A stretch of 64,000 nt of DNA. It comes from Camelus ferus (Eukaryota). The stretch's first letter is position 1. The number at the start of each line of letters is the position of its first letter. The stretch covers positions 72,790,001 through 72,854,000 of the forward strand of contig NC_045696.1 in assembly GCF_009834535.1 (NCBI RefSeq), given 5' to 3'. Positions 37,322-51,274 of this stretch are shown in pieces. The notes under the pieces are model-generated. The model did no database searches and was not told the DNA's origin. It worked only from the letters and a program-made list of their open reading frames with translations. Made by a program: the position numbers and the translations under genes.

Positions 37322-40300
37322 CAGAATTAGGAATTTTAAACCGGGAAGGTCTGAGAAATGAAAGCAAGAGAAGACTTTCCTATGAGGGTCAAAAGATTCT
37401 GGAATCTGATGCTCTCATCCCACATGGGAGAGAGTGTGGAAGTGTGGCTTTGTCCTGTATCGTTCCTCCTGGACCTCAATCTGTCAGTACTCTCTCCTTA
37501 CCCTCCTCCTCCACCTCTTTGCTTCTCTTATAAACATGTTTAAGATGCCGCCAGCCCCCAGCCCCTGCCAAAAAACGCACCGTATCTGACTCCACGGTTC
37601 CTTTAGTCATCATCCCATCCTTATTCAATCAAACTTCTTGAAAGAAAAGGCCACATTCGTCTTCATCTTTTCACTTGCCACTTACTTTACAACTCAAAGC
37701 AACTGAAACAAAAACGTTCTCCTGAAACCACTCCCACTGATCAGAGTTCACCAGATGAAGGGATCATGATAGCAAAGCAGATGCGGCCCCTGCCCTGGCA
37801 GTTCTGAGGACCTATGTCCTGGGTGGACATGGGGGAAATGGAGTGAAAGGTCAGCACCCCCGTCCTGCTGACCTCTGTCTCCTTCCATCCACTTAGCGCT
37901 GCTCCTGCAAGGCCAGAGCTGTGGCTTAAATGAGGTTGAAGAGTTTGGCCCTTGTTCACTGTTCCTCCTGAAATCAGACCTCTGTGTGGCAGGTCATTGA
38001 GATAATGACTGAAGACGGCTATTTCTTCTCAGATACCTTTATGATAAATATGGAAGGATCCTTTAGATCTCTGTGGGGGTTCCTCAGATGACCAAAAGTG
38101 TTCATGCCCTATTTATTCATATCCCAGGCACAGACAGAGCCGGCTTTCCTAACAAGTCATTCAAACCTCCAGGAAGGGCTGATTTCTTAGCATGTCTGTG
38201 TCTTCAAACTCTAAGACAAGTGAACAAAAGCATAAATGAAATAAAACAACCACCGAACTTTGGGTCACTCTAAAGAGAATGTTTGTATTTTTGACTTAAA
38301 GTAAACTGAAAATGTCTGTTTCCAACAAGAAAGCTTAAGGTAGTTCAGGGAATGAATTTGTTGACAGAAAAGCATTAAAAGTATTAAAATCAATGGTTTT
38401 CCCAGTCAGCAAGAGATTATTTATTGCAAGCGGGAGAGAATGGAGCAAAAGTTGAATCCCTGAATGTTGATTTTTTTTAAAAAAACAAGCTTTTGAGTGT
38501 TTGAAACTTGTCAATAATGGCAAAGTAAGAAAATGTCTTCATAGATAAATATCAACCGAGAAATACCTCATAAAATATTACATTTAAACTCTAACCCTGC
38601 ACAGGCACACAGAGAAAACACCAGTATTGGAGGAGAGAGACAATGCTAGAGTCATTCTGCTAGAGAATATAACTTGTATTTTGATACTTAATAGCAAGGC
38701 TATTGTGTTAGCCCTTGTGTTTCAGAAGTTCATATACGTAAAGGAATACAAGTATTGACCTATAGTCTTTATAGTAAAATAAAATTTTATTTTTGAGTGA
38801 GAGGAATATGTACACATAACTGAGGTAGAGAGACAGAGGAACTCCAGGAAGTAAGAAGGAGATTTAATCATTCACCTCAGACAGAACAGGCCCAAGACAC
38901 TGTAAGCTCTGTGAGGACAGGAATTGTGTTTGTCGTGCTAACGTTCATGATCCCAGCAATTGATGATGGGTGAATGAATACCTCCTCTTTCCCGTCTCAC
39001 CCAGTGTCCGCTTGGTCAGGGGAGAGATGAGCAGAGTGGTGAAGACAGGAGCGGAGGGGAAATGCTGGAATCGGGGAACACTGTCATCAGCCAGTCTCGG
39101 AGGGGCGGGGGCGCATTGCTGAGTGACTGTGAGGATGTGGAACCAACAAGAGCAGTCCATTCTTTTAAAAATTATAGATTTGAAGGGAAGGAAAGGAAAG
39201 AGATGAGGTGGTAGCGGAGGGTCCTGCTGGATCAAGGGAGAGTTTATTTGTTTAGATGGAAAAACAGAGTAGAGAGAAGAGCCAAAGTAAAGCAGAATGA
39301 TTCCTGAGGGTCCCTGAGTGGGTCCTCCTCACACGGTTACTGGCTTAGAGGCCACCTGATCTGACTGAAAGAGCAACAGAAGGAGACTCACAGGCCCTTA
39401 CTGCTCGCCCTGCCTTTGGTCCTCACCCTCCACCTGACCAAGCTCAGGTAGGCTGCTTGAGCACACTGAACAGCAATTTTATCATCCATGCAGTAAAAAC
39501 ATAGGAAAATATGTAAATTGTTTTATCAGAAATTAACCTAGGAAAGGGTTTAAGGAAACACAGCATTAGAAGACACGGGAAACACTTAAAATGCACTTAG
39601 GGGAACTCTTGGTGAGCCGTCACCAACGATTGTGTCCCTAGGATGAGCTAACCATTTCCACGCTGGGCGGAACTGCAGACCCAGCCCCATTACTCATTTC
39701 ACCATTGTCTTTTTCTGCACTGACTGGGCTGAGCAGGCCTCTGCAGGAACTCGGTTTTCTAAGCCAGAAAGAAGAATCTGAGGATGACTATTGGTCCTTT
39801 TGTATCAAGATTTAGCAAGTTAATAAAGTCTCAAAGATTAGCATCAGTCTGAAAGGCAAAATTCACACAAAACAATTAATTAAGAGCATTAAAACAAATG
39901 GATTGCTGAGAATGGAATCGGAATCAGGAGACAAAATGGGTTAAAAAAAATTTTTTTTAAAGGAATGCTCTAATTGAAAATGGGCAGCGGCAAATGACAC
40001 AGTACCTTAAAACAGTATCTTATCAGAAAATTAGCAAAATGTAATTTTTATTGGGTTTTACAGATGTTATTTTTAACCACATCAAAAATCCCACCTCATG
40101 GCTACTGGTACAAATTGTCATAATTACTGTAATTTGAAGTCTGAGCGATGGAATGGCTATTGAGATAGTTATCTCATCCTCAGACTAAGTCTGCATTAGT
40201 TGAGCAGCCAGGAGAAGGAGCTCATGTTTTTGTACTTGGTCTGAACTTCATTTGTGTCCTTTATCCAATCTCATTCTTAGGAATATTGAAGAATAATTTT

Positions 40301-41019
40301 TTTTCCTACCTGAAACACTGGAGAAAATCAGGAGGTTAATGTTAAGAGTGCTGAGGTCACCTTTAATTAACATACCAATCACCTCACTTCCAATCTGCGA
40401 GTAAAGTGTTGTATTTTGTTCTATTTTTACACTTCCTGGTGAACTTATCATATTTAATGCATATACTAAATTCTGGGCGTAATACATTCAACTACCTACA
40501 TAAGCACGGCTGATAATGCTGAATTAAGTAAAAGGAGCTTTTATATCCCTCCTGACATCCAAGGTAACATATTTCCTTGCTGCTCAGGGAGTAAAAATAT
40601 GACTAAACATGTCTAAAATAGCTCTAAACTATAAATCAGAAACCAAGACCAAGAAATGCCTTAGAGGAGATTCTGTAGATAACTTGTACCCACAGATTCA
40701 CAGTGATATCAGATAATGAAAACAATTATAACTGTGTTATGATTTAGATTTGGGGCTAGGTGGGTGGAGGGCCTGGCCCAGAGACGGTAGGAACACTCAG
40801 CCCATTTGAAGAGAGGAGTTTCCATAAGAGAATAAAGCTCATCAGACTGGAGGAAGCACTTTCATACGATAGAAGAGAGGCTAACATGCTGTTTTAGTGA
40901 TCATCCAAAGCTGAATCATCTCGTTGTCATTTTACGTCATGGAAAATTTTCAGGATGGTTTATTTCAAACTTCCAGCCATAGTTTAACTGAAGTATTGTA
41001 TGAAGAAGGGGCCTGGATT

Positions 41020-42660
41020 AAATTTATTCATACAACAGATACTATGTGTGGGTACTGTTCTAGGCTCTGGAGAACAATAGTGAACAAGGAGTGGTGTTTC
41101 CAGTAGAGTAACACAGACAAGAGCAATGCAGATAGCAGACATCAAAAATAAGTATGTAATATGCACCCTAATGTTCACAGCAGCACTATATACAGTAGCC
41201 AAGACATGGAAGCAAACTAAATGTCCATCAACAGATGGCTGGATAAAGAAGTTGTGGTAAATATACATATAATGGAATACTACTTGGCCATAAAGAAGAA
41301 TGAAATAATGCCGTTTGCAGCAACATGGATGGACCTAGATATCATCATTTTAAGTGAGGTAAGCCAGAAAGAGAAAGAAAAATACCATATGATACCACTC
41401 ATAGGTGGAATCTAAAAAAAAAAAAGATACAAATTAACTTATTTACAAAACAGAAACAGACTCAGACATACAAAGCAAACTTATGGTTACCAGCAGGGAA
41501 AGGGGGTGGGAAGGGATAAATTGGAAGTTTGAGATTTGCAGATGATACTATACAAAAAATAGATATACAAGCTTCTTTGGTATAGCACAGGGAAATATAT
41601 TCAGTATCTTGCAGTAACCTATAATGAAAAAGAATAACAAAATGAATGTATGTATGTATATGTATAACTGAAACAGTGTATTGTACACTGGAAATTGATA
41701 CAACATTGCAAAATGACTACAGTTCAATTTTTTAAAAAAATATATGTAATAGTATAATGCTGGGTAGTATATACATTTTGAAGAGTAAAAAAGTAGGGCG
41801 TGATGGAAGGATGGCTATTTGGATAGGAAAGCCCCCTGGGATAAGGTGGTGTGTGGGCAGAGACCTTAGGGAATTGATGGAGAAAGTCAGGCGGATAGCT
41901 GGGGGAATGGCATTCCAGACAGAAACAACATCAAGTCCAAAGACCCTGAGTTAGGAACATGCTAGGACAGAGTGGTGGGAGATGAGATGGGAGAAGTAGG
42001 CAGGCTACATCACACAGGCCTTGTAGGCCACGGGGGAATCTTTAGGTTTTGTCCTAAGTGTGAAGCCCCTGGAGGGTTTTGAGCAGTAGCATTGTGACTA
42101 AAGCCATACAGTGGTGACTCTGCTGCTTGCTGAGTGGATGGGAGTAGTGAGAGCCACAAAAAGTGTGACGAGGCTGTTGTAGAACTGGCCAAGGGGAAGG
42201 GGGGCTTGGACCAGCATGGTGGTGGTGAAGGGGGTGAGAAGTGGTCAGGGTTCAGGATATATGTTGGATGTCATTCCAACAGGACCTGCTAATGGACTAG
42301 ATAAAAGGGGTAAGAGAATGAGAAGAATCTGAAATGACTCCTAGGTTTCCGGGTGAGAAAATGAATGACTATCATGCCACTCATTGGAATGGAGAAGACT
42401 TGAAGAAGCATGGGTTTTGGATGTTGGGATGGAAATCAAAAATTAAACTTCAGTCGTGCTGAACATGAGATGTACATTAGATGTTCAAATGGAGATGCCA
42501 AGGAGATAATTGAGTAACAGTTCTGACTCCAGGGGAGAGGCGAGGCCAGAGTTATAAATTTGGAAGCCATCAGCTTATATACATCCATGAGACTAGAGGC
42601 ATCCATCCAGAAAGAGTATGGAGAGAAAAGAGAATCCAAACTGAGATTGGAAGAGCAAGA
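41020..42660 (-). mobile_element. L2 fragment interrupted by an L1 insertion
   Basis: Antisense L2 tail 'tttattcatacaacagatactatgtg...gttctaggctctggagaacaatagtgaacaag' resumes after 41750 with 'ggcattccagacag', 'ggccttgtaggccac', 'gttataaatttggaagccatcagc'. Confidence 0.8.
41161..41740 (+). mobile_element. 5'-truncated L1: decayed ORF2 C-terminus plus 3' UTR
   Basis: Translates CTLMFTAALYTVAKTWKQTKCPSTDGWIKKLW*, then after a frameshift MEYYLAIKKNEIMPFAATWMDLDIIILSEVSQKEKEKYHMIPLIGGI*, the conserved L1 ORF2 end; TSD-like tatgtaata on both sides. Confidence 0.93.
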
Positions 42661-43679
42661 CAATTCCTCAAAAGTGACTGAGAAGTATTACTTGACCTCT
42701 GTAGTGTCTTTTCAACACAACAACTCGTAATGAAACAGACTGATTCTGAATAGGTAAGGAACAAAGTCAGGGGCTCAGAGTGAACCACAATCTAAATTTA
42801 GTTATTGATTGTTGGTGTTACGTTTATTTTTATACAAAGTGAGATGCTGGATAAATGAATATATAAAGTGCAATTTGAGGCACTTTTCCTTTTCAGTAAA
42901 TTCTGGATATGTCAATTCTGATGCTGGTGGTTCAAAAATCTTATTTTCAGAAAGGCTGCTCTAATGTGCATCTTGGAAAGGAGCGACAATTAGAGGGGAA
43001 AACAGCAGATTTGTTTCTGACTCCCAAAAGTGAAGTTTAAAAAACTAATGAGTTTTTTGGCTCAGAGAATAATAAGCTATAGGAGTCCGCACGTTTTTGA
43101 AGGGATGAACTATAATTGATAGTAAGTGAAGAATCTGCATTTTCACTGCAAATTGTGCAGTAAAGAAGGGGCAAAAATCACTGTAGGAAATATTTGTGTT
43201 AACTATCAGAAGTGTATTCTAATATAAGAGTCATGGGAAACTAAAATAAAGACCATTGAGAGTCTTGGAAGAATTTGAAAGAAATGGACAAAGATCTCAT
43301 CCTAAGATGACTTTAAGTAAAAAAAAAAAAAATTGTAGAATTACTTGAAATGAATTTGGTACCTTTACAACATCCTATTTTTCCCTTTTCAAAGTTGAAT
43401 TATATTTGTTTTTCCTTTAGACACAAAATTAAATTTTAAGGAATCATTTGACGTGAGAATCAATTATAGTCACAGGTCTATCTTCTAGAAAGCAGTTTAT
43501 CTATAGACATTATACATTCAGCTTAAGCATTCAGAATGAAATTGAGTCTACGGTTTTTCTGGGTTTTTTTTTTTTTTTATGTTAGGACTTTTCTGTCAAT
43601 AGAGAGTAAAAAGGAAACAAGGAATCAGACAGTTGAAAAATAAACAGTAATGAAACTAGCCAAAAAGATGCCCTAAGAT

Positions 43680-44219
43680 GTGCTGGGAGCAGTTGGCTTA
43701 TGTATTGGGAGAAATGATGGTGAGAGCTCTGAAAACCAGGACAGTTGGTTTAAGAGCCAACAATTGCTTAAACTGAAAGGAAAAAAGAGGGGACCGTTGG
43801 AGGTGGCAGAGTGGAGTGTAAGTGCCAGCTACTAGCAAAACGATCAAATTAGGTATCAGGCTGCCCCCACCCAGGAAGGTGACTCTTTCAGAAGCTCTGG
43901 GTAACCTAGATAATGGACTGGCTTGACGGATCATGTTTCTCTCTTCCTGAGCCCTAATTCTTGCTCTTACGCTTTAAATTAGCCAATAAAGAGTGAACTG
44001 TGAAATCCTAGACACCCCACCCTCTGACCATAAAGGCAGAGCCCCAGATCTGAGCTCTCTCTCTCTCTCCACAACCTGGCTGTGTGGCCCTCAGGTGTGC
44101 CTTGTACCCTCCAGGATCTGCAGGGAACACATATCATTTCTCAAAGCTCCCTGATGAATGTTGCTGAAGTACGTCCTGCAATCATAATAAGAACCACAAG
44201 GGCTGGTCCAGCCATAACA
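43680..44219 (+). mobile_element. Probable ERV solo LTR, family not recognised
   Basis: TG start and CA end; CCAAT ('agccaataaa'), TATA-like 'cataaagg', then a (CT)n stretch and a U5-like tail ending 'ccagccataaca'. Confidence 0.5.
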
Positions 44220-46619
44220 TTGACCTGGCTGGGGAAATGTTTGCAAAGCTGACTACAGGTAATATGGGATGGGTGAGTGCCCCACGCATTTCTAGTTGAC
44301 AGCATCACTCTTAACAGACCGAGACAACACAGAGATGAGGGCCAATTAAAGTGCTGAGAAGCAGACACCCTGATGTTAGGAGTCAGCTCAGAGGATCCCA
44401 GGGGATTCTGCAACAGGTCTAGAATCTGACACCAAGAGCCCCCCTCCTCCCAGGAGCTTGCTAGGGCACACAAACCCTAGGCAGCTGGGCCAGGTGCAAG
44501 GAGACAGACAGACACATATTCAGAGGGTTTACAAATCTCTGGGGCTCACAGTGATAAGTCTAAGTGATCAAAAATTTTATTATTATTAGTTTTGGTAAAC
44601 ATTATTCAAGAAAGTAGGAAAATGTATGGCCTGTTTTCAAATGGCTTCTATGAAGTGATGAGAATCTATTATATGTATGAGACATGGCCTTAGTTAAGAC
44701 ATTGAAAGCACAAAGATGAGCATGAGAGTCCAACACTCGGTGAGTTTACAGCCCACAGACAGGGGAGGCAGGAGGCTGAAAAGGACAGATGAGTAAAAGA
44801 GAGGCTTAAAGTACAAAATGGAGTGGCCATACGAAAAAAGGAGCATAAACTCTGACCAGGACTGGCACAGATATCAGGGAAGGATTTCCAGCAAAAGCAA
44901 TGTTGAGTTGATCCTTGGATGATGAAGAGGAGTGTTCAGGGTGAAAATGAATTAAAACTTTGAATTTCACCTATTTGGGAACACCTCATTCCCCCAGTTG
45001 CACTCAATAATAGGCATTATTCTACAGAAGTCCATTCAAACAAGTATCAGGCAGATTTATTACCTTAGCAAAGTTTTGAATATTGAATCAACTTTGAAAC
45101 TTTGAAACAGGTGTCTCTCGCAGGTAGATAAACCACAAGTTAGAAATACATGTTTTTATTCAATATAGGATAGAGTGAGATGCTGTCAGTTTAGGGAAAG
45201 GGTACTATAAAAACAGGTTATCCTATAGGTTCACAGTGAGTCAGGATTCTAATATGGTAATATTTAGGCAAAAAAAGCTATGTTTCATGTTTGGATATTT
45301 CAGTCCCTAACAGAACTAACAGCAAATGCAGAGAAACATAAACGTTGTTCAAATCTCAGAGGTATTCTGTTTTTTGTTGAATATTATAATCTCTTCGCTA
45401 GTTATCAGTTAAAGAAGATGGATTGACTACCCCATTTTTCCTTTTTCATCTGGTTTACATGTGCTCAGAAACAAAGTAGCACAAAAGAATTTTCTAATAA
45501 AATATGACAAATTAATTAGAAAGTACTATTTGGTGCCTTGTGAACATTTCAAAATACTGTAAGCCTTTTTCTCATTAAGATATTCCCAAAACAAAACCAA
45601 AAAAAAAAAAAAAAAAGATTTTCACTGCAGAAGCATGAAATATGATAACTATAAGAACAATTATAATCATTTTCTTTAGAATACAACAACTATGAATGAC
45701 ACAGTGTAAATAGCTCCAATATATTCATTTAATATTACTGATAATTAACATGAACACTAAATTAGAATTGCCTTTATCAGCCAGAGTCTTAAAGCACTGT
45801 AACAGCCTAGAGATTACTGAAAAAGCTGATACCTGGGTGAAGAATATACCCAGGCTGCTGATAATGAAGGAGTGTGTAGACTTTTAATTCCATAAATAAA
45901 CAGAATGTTTTTAAGCATCGGACTTCATCAAAATTTAGCTGAATTAATTAGTAAACACATACTTCGTGTTTGCCTAAATCTTTTTATTCTCTTCAGAAAC
46001 TAAATACTTTTCCTCATTTGCATCTGTGGCAATATTGATTTGTCTTAATTTTGACATTTGAGCAAGCACCATGAAATGCTTTGGGAGTGATTTTTTTCAG
46101 TGATTTTACACAGTTATATAAATCGGTAAAGTGATATATTCAATACACTTCTTCACCTTTTTCCCAGATACCATCAGAAGAATAAACAAGTTTTTTTCCT
46201 AGGAATGGTTCTCAAAAACGAGTTATCCCACACCTCTCTCTGAAAACCTTCTCTTACACTTAAAATAATATGAATTCAGAACAATTCTGAATGAAGTAAA
46301 ATAGGACGGATACTGACTGACTTTGTGATAAATCTAAAAGATGCAAATGTGTGTATTTTAAGCAATTTAAACTGACAGAATGCCAACATCTGGGCAGTAC
46401 TAGAATATCTGACTTATAATAGGTTCTCAATAAATGCTTGCTGAATGAAGCAAGCCCAATGGAATTTTTTTTTTAAGTGAAACTTGAATGAAGGGATAAA
46501 ATTAAGACTTCTGAATAGACATCACTTGTTATTATTTCTTTGGGGCAAAATAATGTTTTGTAAGTTTGCGATTTTAACATCATGCAAATCCAAATACTTA
46601 TTTCTTTCTTCCTCTGACA

Positions 46620-47255
46620 CTTTTAATTCAGGCCATCACCACCTCACTCCAGTAACTGAAACGGTCATAATGGTCTTCCTGTCCCATTTCTTCCCCTGCC
46701 TTTCTCCACTCCCTCCCTCCTGCTCCCATCCATTTTTCCTTCTGTAAGCTGAATGACTTTTCTGAATCCTTTCCATATCCCACCATTCCCTCAGTAAAGC
46801 CCAAAGCATTCAAGATATTTCATGGTGTGCCCACAGCCAATTCTTCTAGCTTCCTTCATCTCAATCTCTGGCACTTGATGCTCCAGCCATATTCAATGCT
46901 GTGCAGTTTGTCTACATTCTGTGCTCTCACCCCAGGACCTTTGCACATGCTGTTTCTTCTGTTGGAAAGCATTATTCCTCACAACTCTTAGCCTTCCATC
47001 CTTTCATCTGGCTTACTCCTATTTGTCTTTAAGGTTTTAGCCGAGGCATTATCTATTCCATGAGACTTCCCTGGTAGCCCCTTCACCTCTCTCGAGACTA
47101 GATTTGTGTTGTGCCACCTGTGCTTTCATTTAGCTAATGACCCAGCATCGTGGCTTGTTTGTTATTACCTCTGAATAAGTTCCTTGAGCCCCCAGCACCT
47201 AACGTGATACCTGGCACATAGCTGGCATTCAATAAATGTCTTATAAATGAATTAA
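46620..47255 (+). mobile_element. L2 3' fragment
   Basis: 'caggacctttgcacatgctgtttcttctgttggaaagc' and the terminal 'cctggcacatagctggcattcaataaatg...aatgaat'. Confidence 0.8.
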
Positions 47256-47369
47256 GAAAACCTTCAAAAAAAACTGAATAATCTTTTTTCATAAAGTTGA
47301 TCTAATAATAATTTATATTATTCATGATGATACAGTGAAAAAAGAAATATGTCACTTGAATTGTCATTC

Positions 47370-47535
47370 TAGCTCTGTCATTAGCTGTAAATAATTTCTC
47401 TGCACTCCAATTTAATCTGCAAAATAGCTATAATACCTACCCCTCCTACTTCACAAGAGGATGGATCCAAAGGGCACAGGTAAGTGAAAGCACATTGGAA
47501 AATATAAAGCACTAGTCATGCAAGATATTATTACC
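47370..47535 (+). mobile_element. MIR fragment
   Basis: 'ctagctctgtcattagctgt...atctgcaaaatag..ataatacctacccctcctacttcacaag'. Confidence 0.55.
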
Positions 47536-47704
47536 ATTATTATTATTAAGTGCCTAAATTGCAATTTTGACTCTGTCACATTCCTGCTCAGTGACCCTCA
47601 GTACCTCCAATCTCTCACCCACCCTCCCACTCCCACCCCTCTTCCACTTTCAACAGTGTTTCCCAAAGCCTGACTATACAAATTGGTGATCAGTCTCATG
47701 GACA

Positions 47705-48170
47705 TTTCTGTATTTCAGCTGGGTTTTTTCTACCTAGTAGGCACTCTAATTTTGCTCCAAGGGAACTTCTCCTCACCCCAATCTTGGACCATGTGCTCTG
47801 GGTGAAGCTGATTCTGCCCCAGAATCCCAGATAGAGAGCCTAGCTAAGCCAGTGAGCATCCTGCCTTCTCCTAGCCAATGGACATGGTCCCTGGGCTTCC
47901 CTAAGCCATGATTAGGCCAGTCCAATCAGAATGAGCCTCAACACTTCTGCAGGGAAGACCGGAGCAAAGATGGCCACACTCATCTGCTGGGTCAGCCAGG
48001 CAGCAAACAGCCCTAGGCGGTGGCAGCAGTCACCTTTAACAATAAGCAAAGCCTCTTAGAATGAAGCCAGCAAACCCACAGCAAACAGAGACATGAAAAT
48101 ATCTGATCCTTGGGGGCATTCTCCAACTGCTGAGTCATGCCTCACTTGATACCGGCACTACCCAGCACTA
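47705..48170 (+). mobile_element. Old MaLR LTR (MLT1J/K-like)
   Basis: 'ggaccatgtgctctgggtgaagctgattc', 'ggccagtccaatcagaatgag', 'gaatgaagccagc...ctgctgagtcatgcc'. Confidence 0.5.
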
Positions 48171-49166
48171 ACTATAATCAGGAAGATGCAATTGTGCATC
48201 TTAACACTGAATGTGATTTCTCTGAGTTTCTCCTCCTAGAAAACAGATTTTTTAAAGTTCATTGCTTCCTTATAATAATGCTTCGAAAAAGAAGTAAAAT
48301 TTAAACCCATATTCAGCTAATGCTTACAGAGCAATGAGATCAAACTGATAAAAAAAAATGTTGAGCTCTTTGCAAGTAAAGGATTTTATTAATTCAAAAT
48401 ATTACTGTAAGTAGAATTACTGTTGATTTGATTACTCATCTTCTAGTTCAGCTGCAGGTCTGCAGTGTTGTTGAAATATGAAGTTAATGCATGGAAAAAA
48501 GGTTTATTTTCTACAAAATAAGTATCCAAGGGGAAAAGGTAAAGTCCGTGTGATCTAGGAAAAGCAACCTTAAGATGTACTTTATTGTTAAAATTCCAGC
48601 CTGACTATTCTATCTAAATCTTTCAAAAATGTTTCTGACTCTACAATTTTGGTAAGATCCAGGTTAACGCAAGCTTGTCAGAATTGCTTTCTTCGGAAGT
48701 AAGCAGTTAGATCAGGAAATAAACCACAAAAATTCCTTAATTGCTAGTCATCTAAGTAAGGTCTTATACTTTGGCTGAAGAAAATAAACCAAAGGAAAGA
48801 AATACCTAGCAATCTTTTTCTGGGTATTTATTTTCCATACAAACTAAAAAAAAAAAAAAAACCACTCTAGCCGGCAAAGGGGTCAAAAGAATAGAAAGGA
48901 GATGGCTCTTCAAACCTTCCTTTCTAAGTAGAATTAGCCATTTAAGCTTTGTCCACATTAGCATTAAGCCAGCAAGGCTGGGGAGTGACTTAATTCATAT
49001 CACTTTGCCCATTTGTTTACTTACTATTAATCCTGGGTATTTTAGGAATTGGTTTGAACCAAACTGTATTGGAATTGCCTCCGGAAAGGCTAAACCATGC
49101 CTCAGAATCATCTTAAAACTATTTGTTATAATAATTTATAGAGTATTTAAGATTTTTAATGAATTC

Positions 49167-49887
49167 ACTTATAATGAATTTATAATTCCCATTTACAGAA
49201 TGTCAATGTACATTGGACGATTGACCATGGGCCATCTCTCATGTGAGCTCTTGGTATGGACACAGCTGTCTAGCTAGACAGGATCAATCTTTTAGAGAAT
49301 TTCAGATAAGTAATTAGTACTTGATGAGTTTAAATGGTTTAGACACAATCGTCAACAAGATCAACCAGTTAACCAGTAGAGGCTAAGTGACAACAACAAA
49401 GTTACCACTTGTCACTTCCTGTGAGTTATGCTAAGAAGGTAAAAAATATACTTTCTATTTCTCATAACCACTCTGCAAGGTAAATTATATTAAACTGATT
49501 TTACAGAAGAAATTGAGGATTAGAGGGGTTAAGGGACTTTCCAAAGTATTAAGGCTTGAATTAGAATGTCCTTACACAGCAGGAGCAATACAGCTTTACA
49601 GCTATCCCTTCCCGTAGAGCCAATGCACAGAATATAGCTTGCTATTGGCTTTTCTGTTTGCCAGGGATTGTTTCTTTGTTTTCTTTTTATAATGTGTATA
49701 CTAGTGTGCATTTAGATCCATGAAAAAATTAGCCTAGGAATTCACTATTGATATAGAATTTGAAATTATATAGATTTTCAAGTATAACTCTGAAGGAATT
49801 ATTGATGAACCTGAGATTTTCTTCAGATAAAGCTTCCAGGATGAATATTGACATTCTGTAAATGGGAATTATAAATTCATTATAAGT
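49167..49887. repeat. Perfect 41-bp inverted repeat, arms 49167-49207 and 49847-49887 (639-bp spacer)
   Basis: acttataatgaatttataattcccatttacagaatgtcaat and its exact reverse complement; also visible as TYNEFIIPIYRMS in both a + and a - ORF. Confidence 0.97.
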
Positions 49888-51274
49888 CATGGCACACGTG
49901 ACAGAAATGAGGCACAGAGGAGAATGCACACCCCTTTGCTAGCCATGGTGCCCCTCAGCTGCAGAGATGAAGTTTGAGTGGCTTAAGAAGGTCATAGGAG
50001 TCCCCGGGTCTGTGCAGCCACTCCTCGGGGATGGAGCATATGCCCACTGGCCACAGGTGTTCCATGACAGCAGCTGGCCACTGGATATAGGGTATGAGTT
50101 CTTAGTTTATGATGCATTAATTCTAGGGTCTATGCATAATCACTCTGCTTAGAGTGCGGTCCAAGTTTTTGCGGCATTAGAGACCAGCAAGGTCTTGACT
50201 TCCTTCCCCATTGAAGGGCTGCCGCTGCTGGGGAAGAACAGTGCTGGGTGGCACACACAGTCCACGTGTTAAGGCATCTTCTCCAGCTGAGCACGGACTG
50301 ATATCAGGGGTGGAAGTGGACTAAGAAACTTTTGAAGGGTTAGGATGTCAGCATCTTTCAGCTGCTTTCCTTTTCACTAGACTTCCCAAGGCCAGAGCAT
50401 TCGTCCTTCTCTCTGACTGAGCTGCTCTCACTTAGCTGGTCATCCACAGATAAGCATCAGCCAACGCCAGGGGAAGTCTCTTCCCTATCTCTTTATTTAA
50501 CTTTGCTCACCTCGGTTTCAATGCCAGGCAAGATTTTCACTGTGAACACTTGAGTATAATTCCTAGCAAAGAGAGCTTCCCGTGTGACTAAGAATATCTC
50601 TGACTCACAATGAGGTATAATTTTTCAGTGCCCTTCCTATCAGGACTCTTGGAGATCTGGCATTCATTAGTAAAACGAAGTTTGTCTTATGAATAAAAAC
50701 CATCAGTAAGTAAATATTATGCAATCTGCTAAAAGAGAGGCCTGGGGAGACAAGTTTATTTTCTAAAACTTTTCAGTCAAGTTAATGGAAAAGGTGACAG
50801 CTACAAGTCCCCTGCTGTCACGTTAATTTAAGCTGGGATGGGACATGCTGGAAGTATGAGGGATCTCAGCGACCTTGTGGTCCATCAGCTTGGACACCAC
50901 GCCCAGAGGAGGACTAGGTGACCTCCTCTGCCAGACTCTGAGGGTGGGGCAGGCGGGAGAGGACCCCGCGGCCTTGGCTCCACCCACTGGCTGGAGCAGC
51001 TCCGCTTTTACCTCACTTACAGGTTGTGATTCTACATTGCATTTAGTGGCTTGGAAGGGCTTTTGCTGCCGCCCTAGAAAGAATAGAAAATTTGATTTCC
51101 ACTCACGAGTAGTGTGACACCCTCACTTTATAAGTGAGGCAACTGAGGCCCTGGAAAAATGAGGTGACTTGCCCCAGGGTCTCCCCACTAATGACAGAGG
51201 TTTCCTGACTTCATCTGTTTCCACCTGACGTGACGGATTATTCTGCTTACAAGTCACTTTTCTGTGTATCTGTC

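Noticed and set aside
41221..41415. ORF with real protein similarity
   Set aside because: It is the broken L1 ORF2 C-terminus (stop and frameshift upstream), not a host gene
49167..49887. MITE/DNA transposon interpretation of the inverted repeat
   Set aside because: No TSD, termini do not match TIR types I know, and the spacer contains an ordinary MIR-like relic
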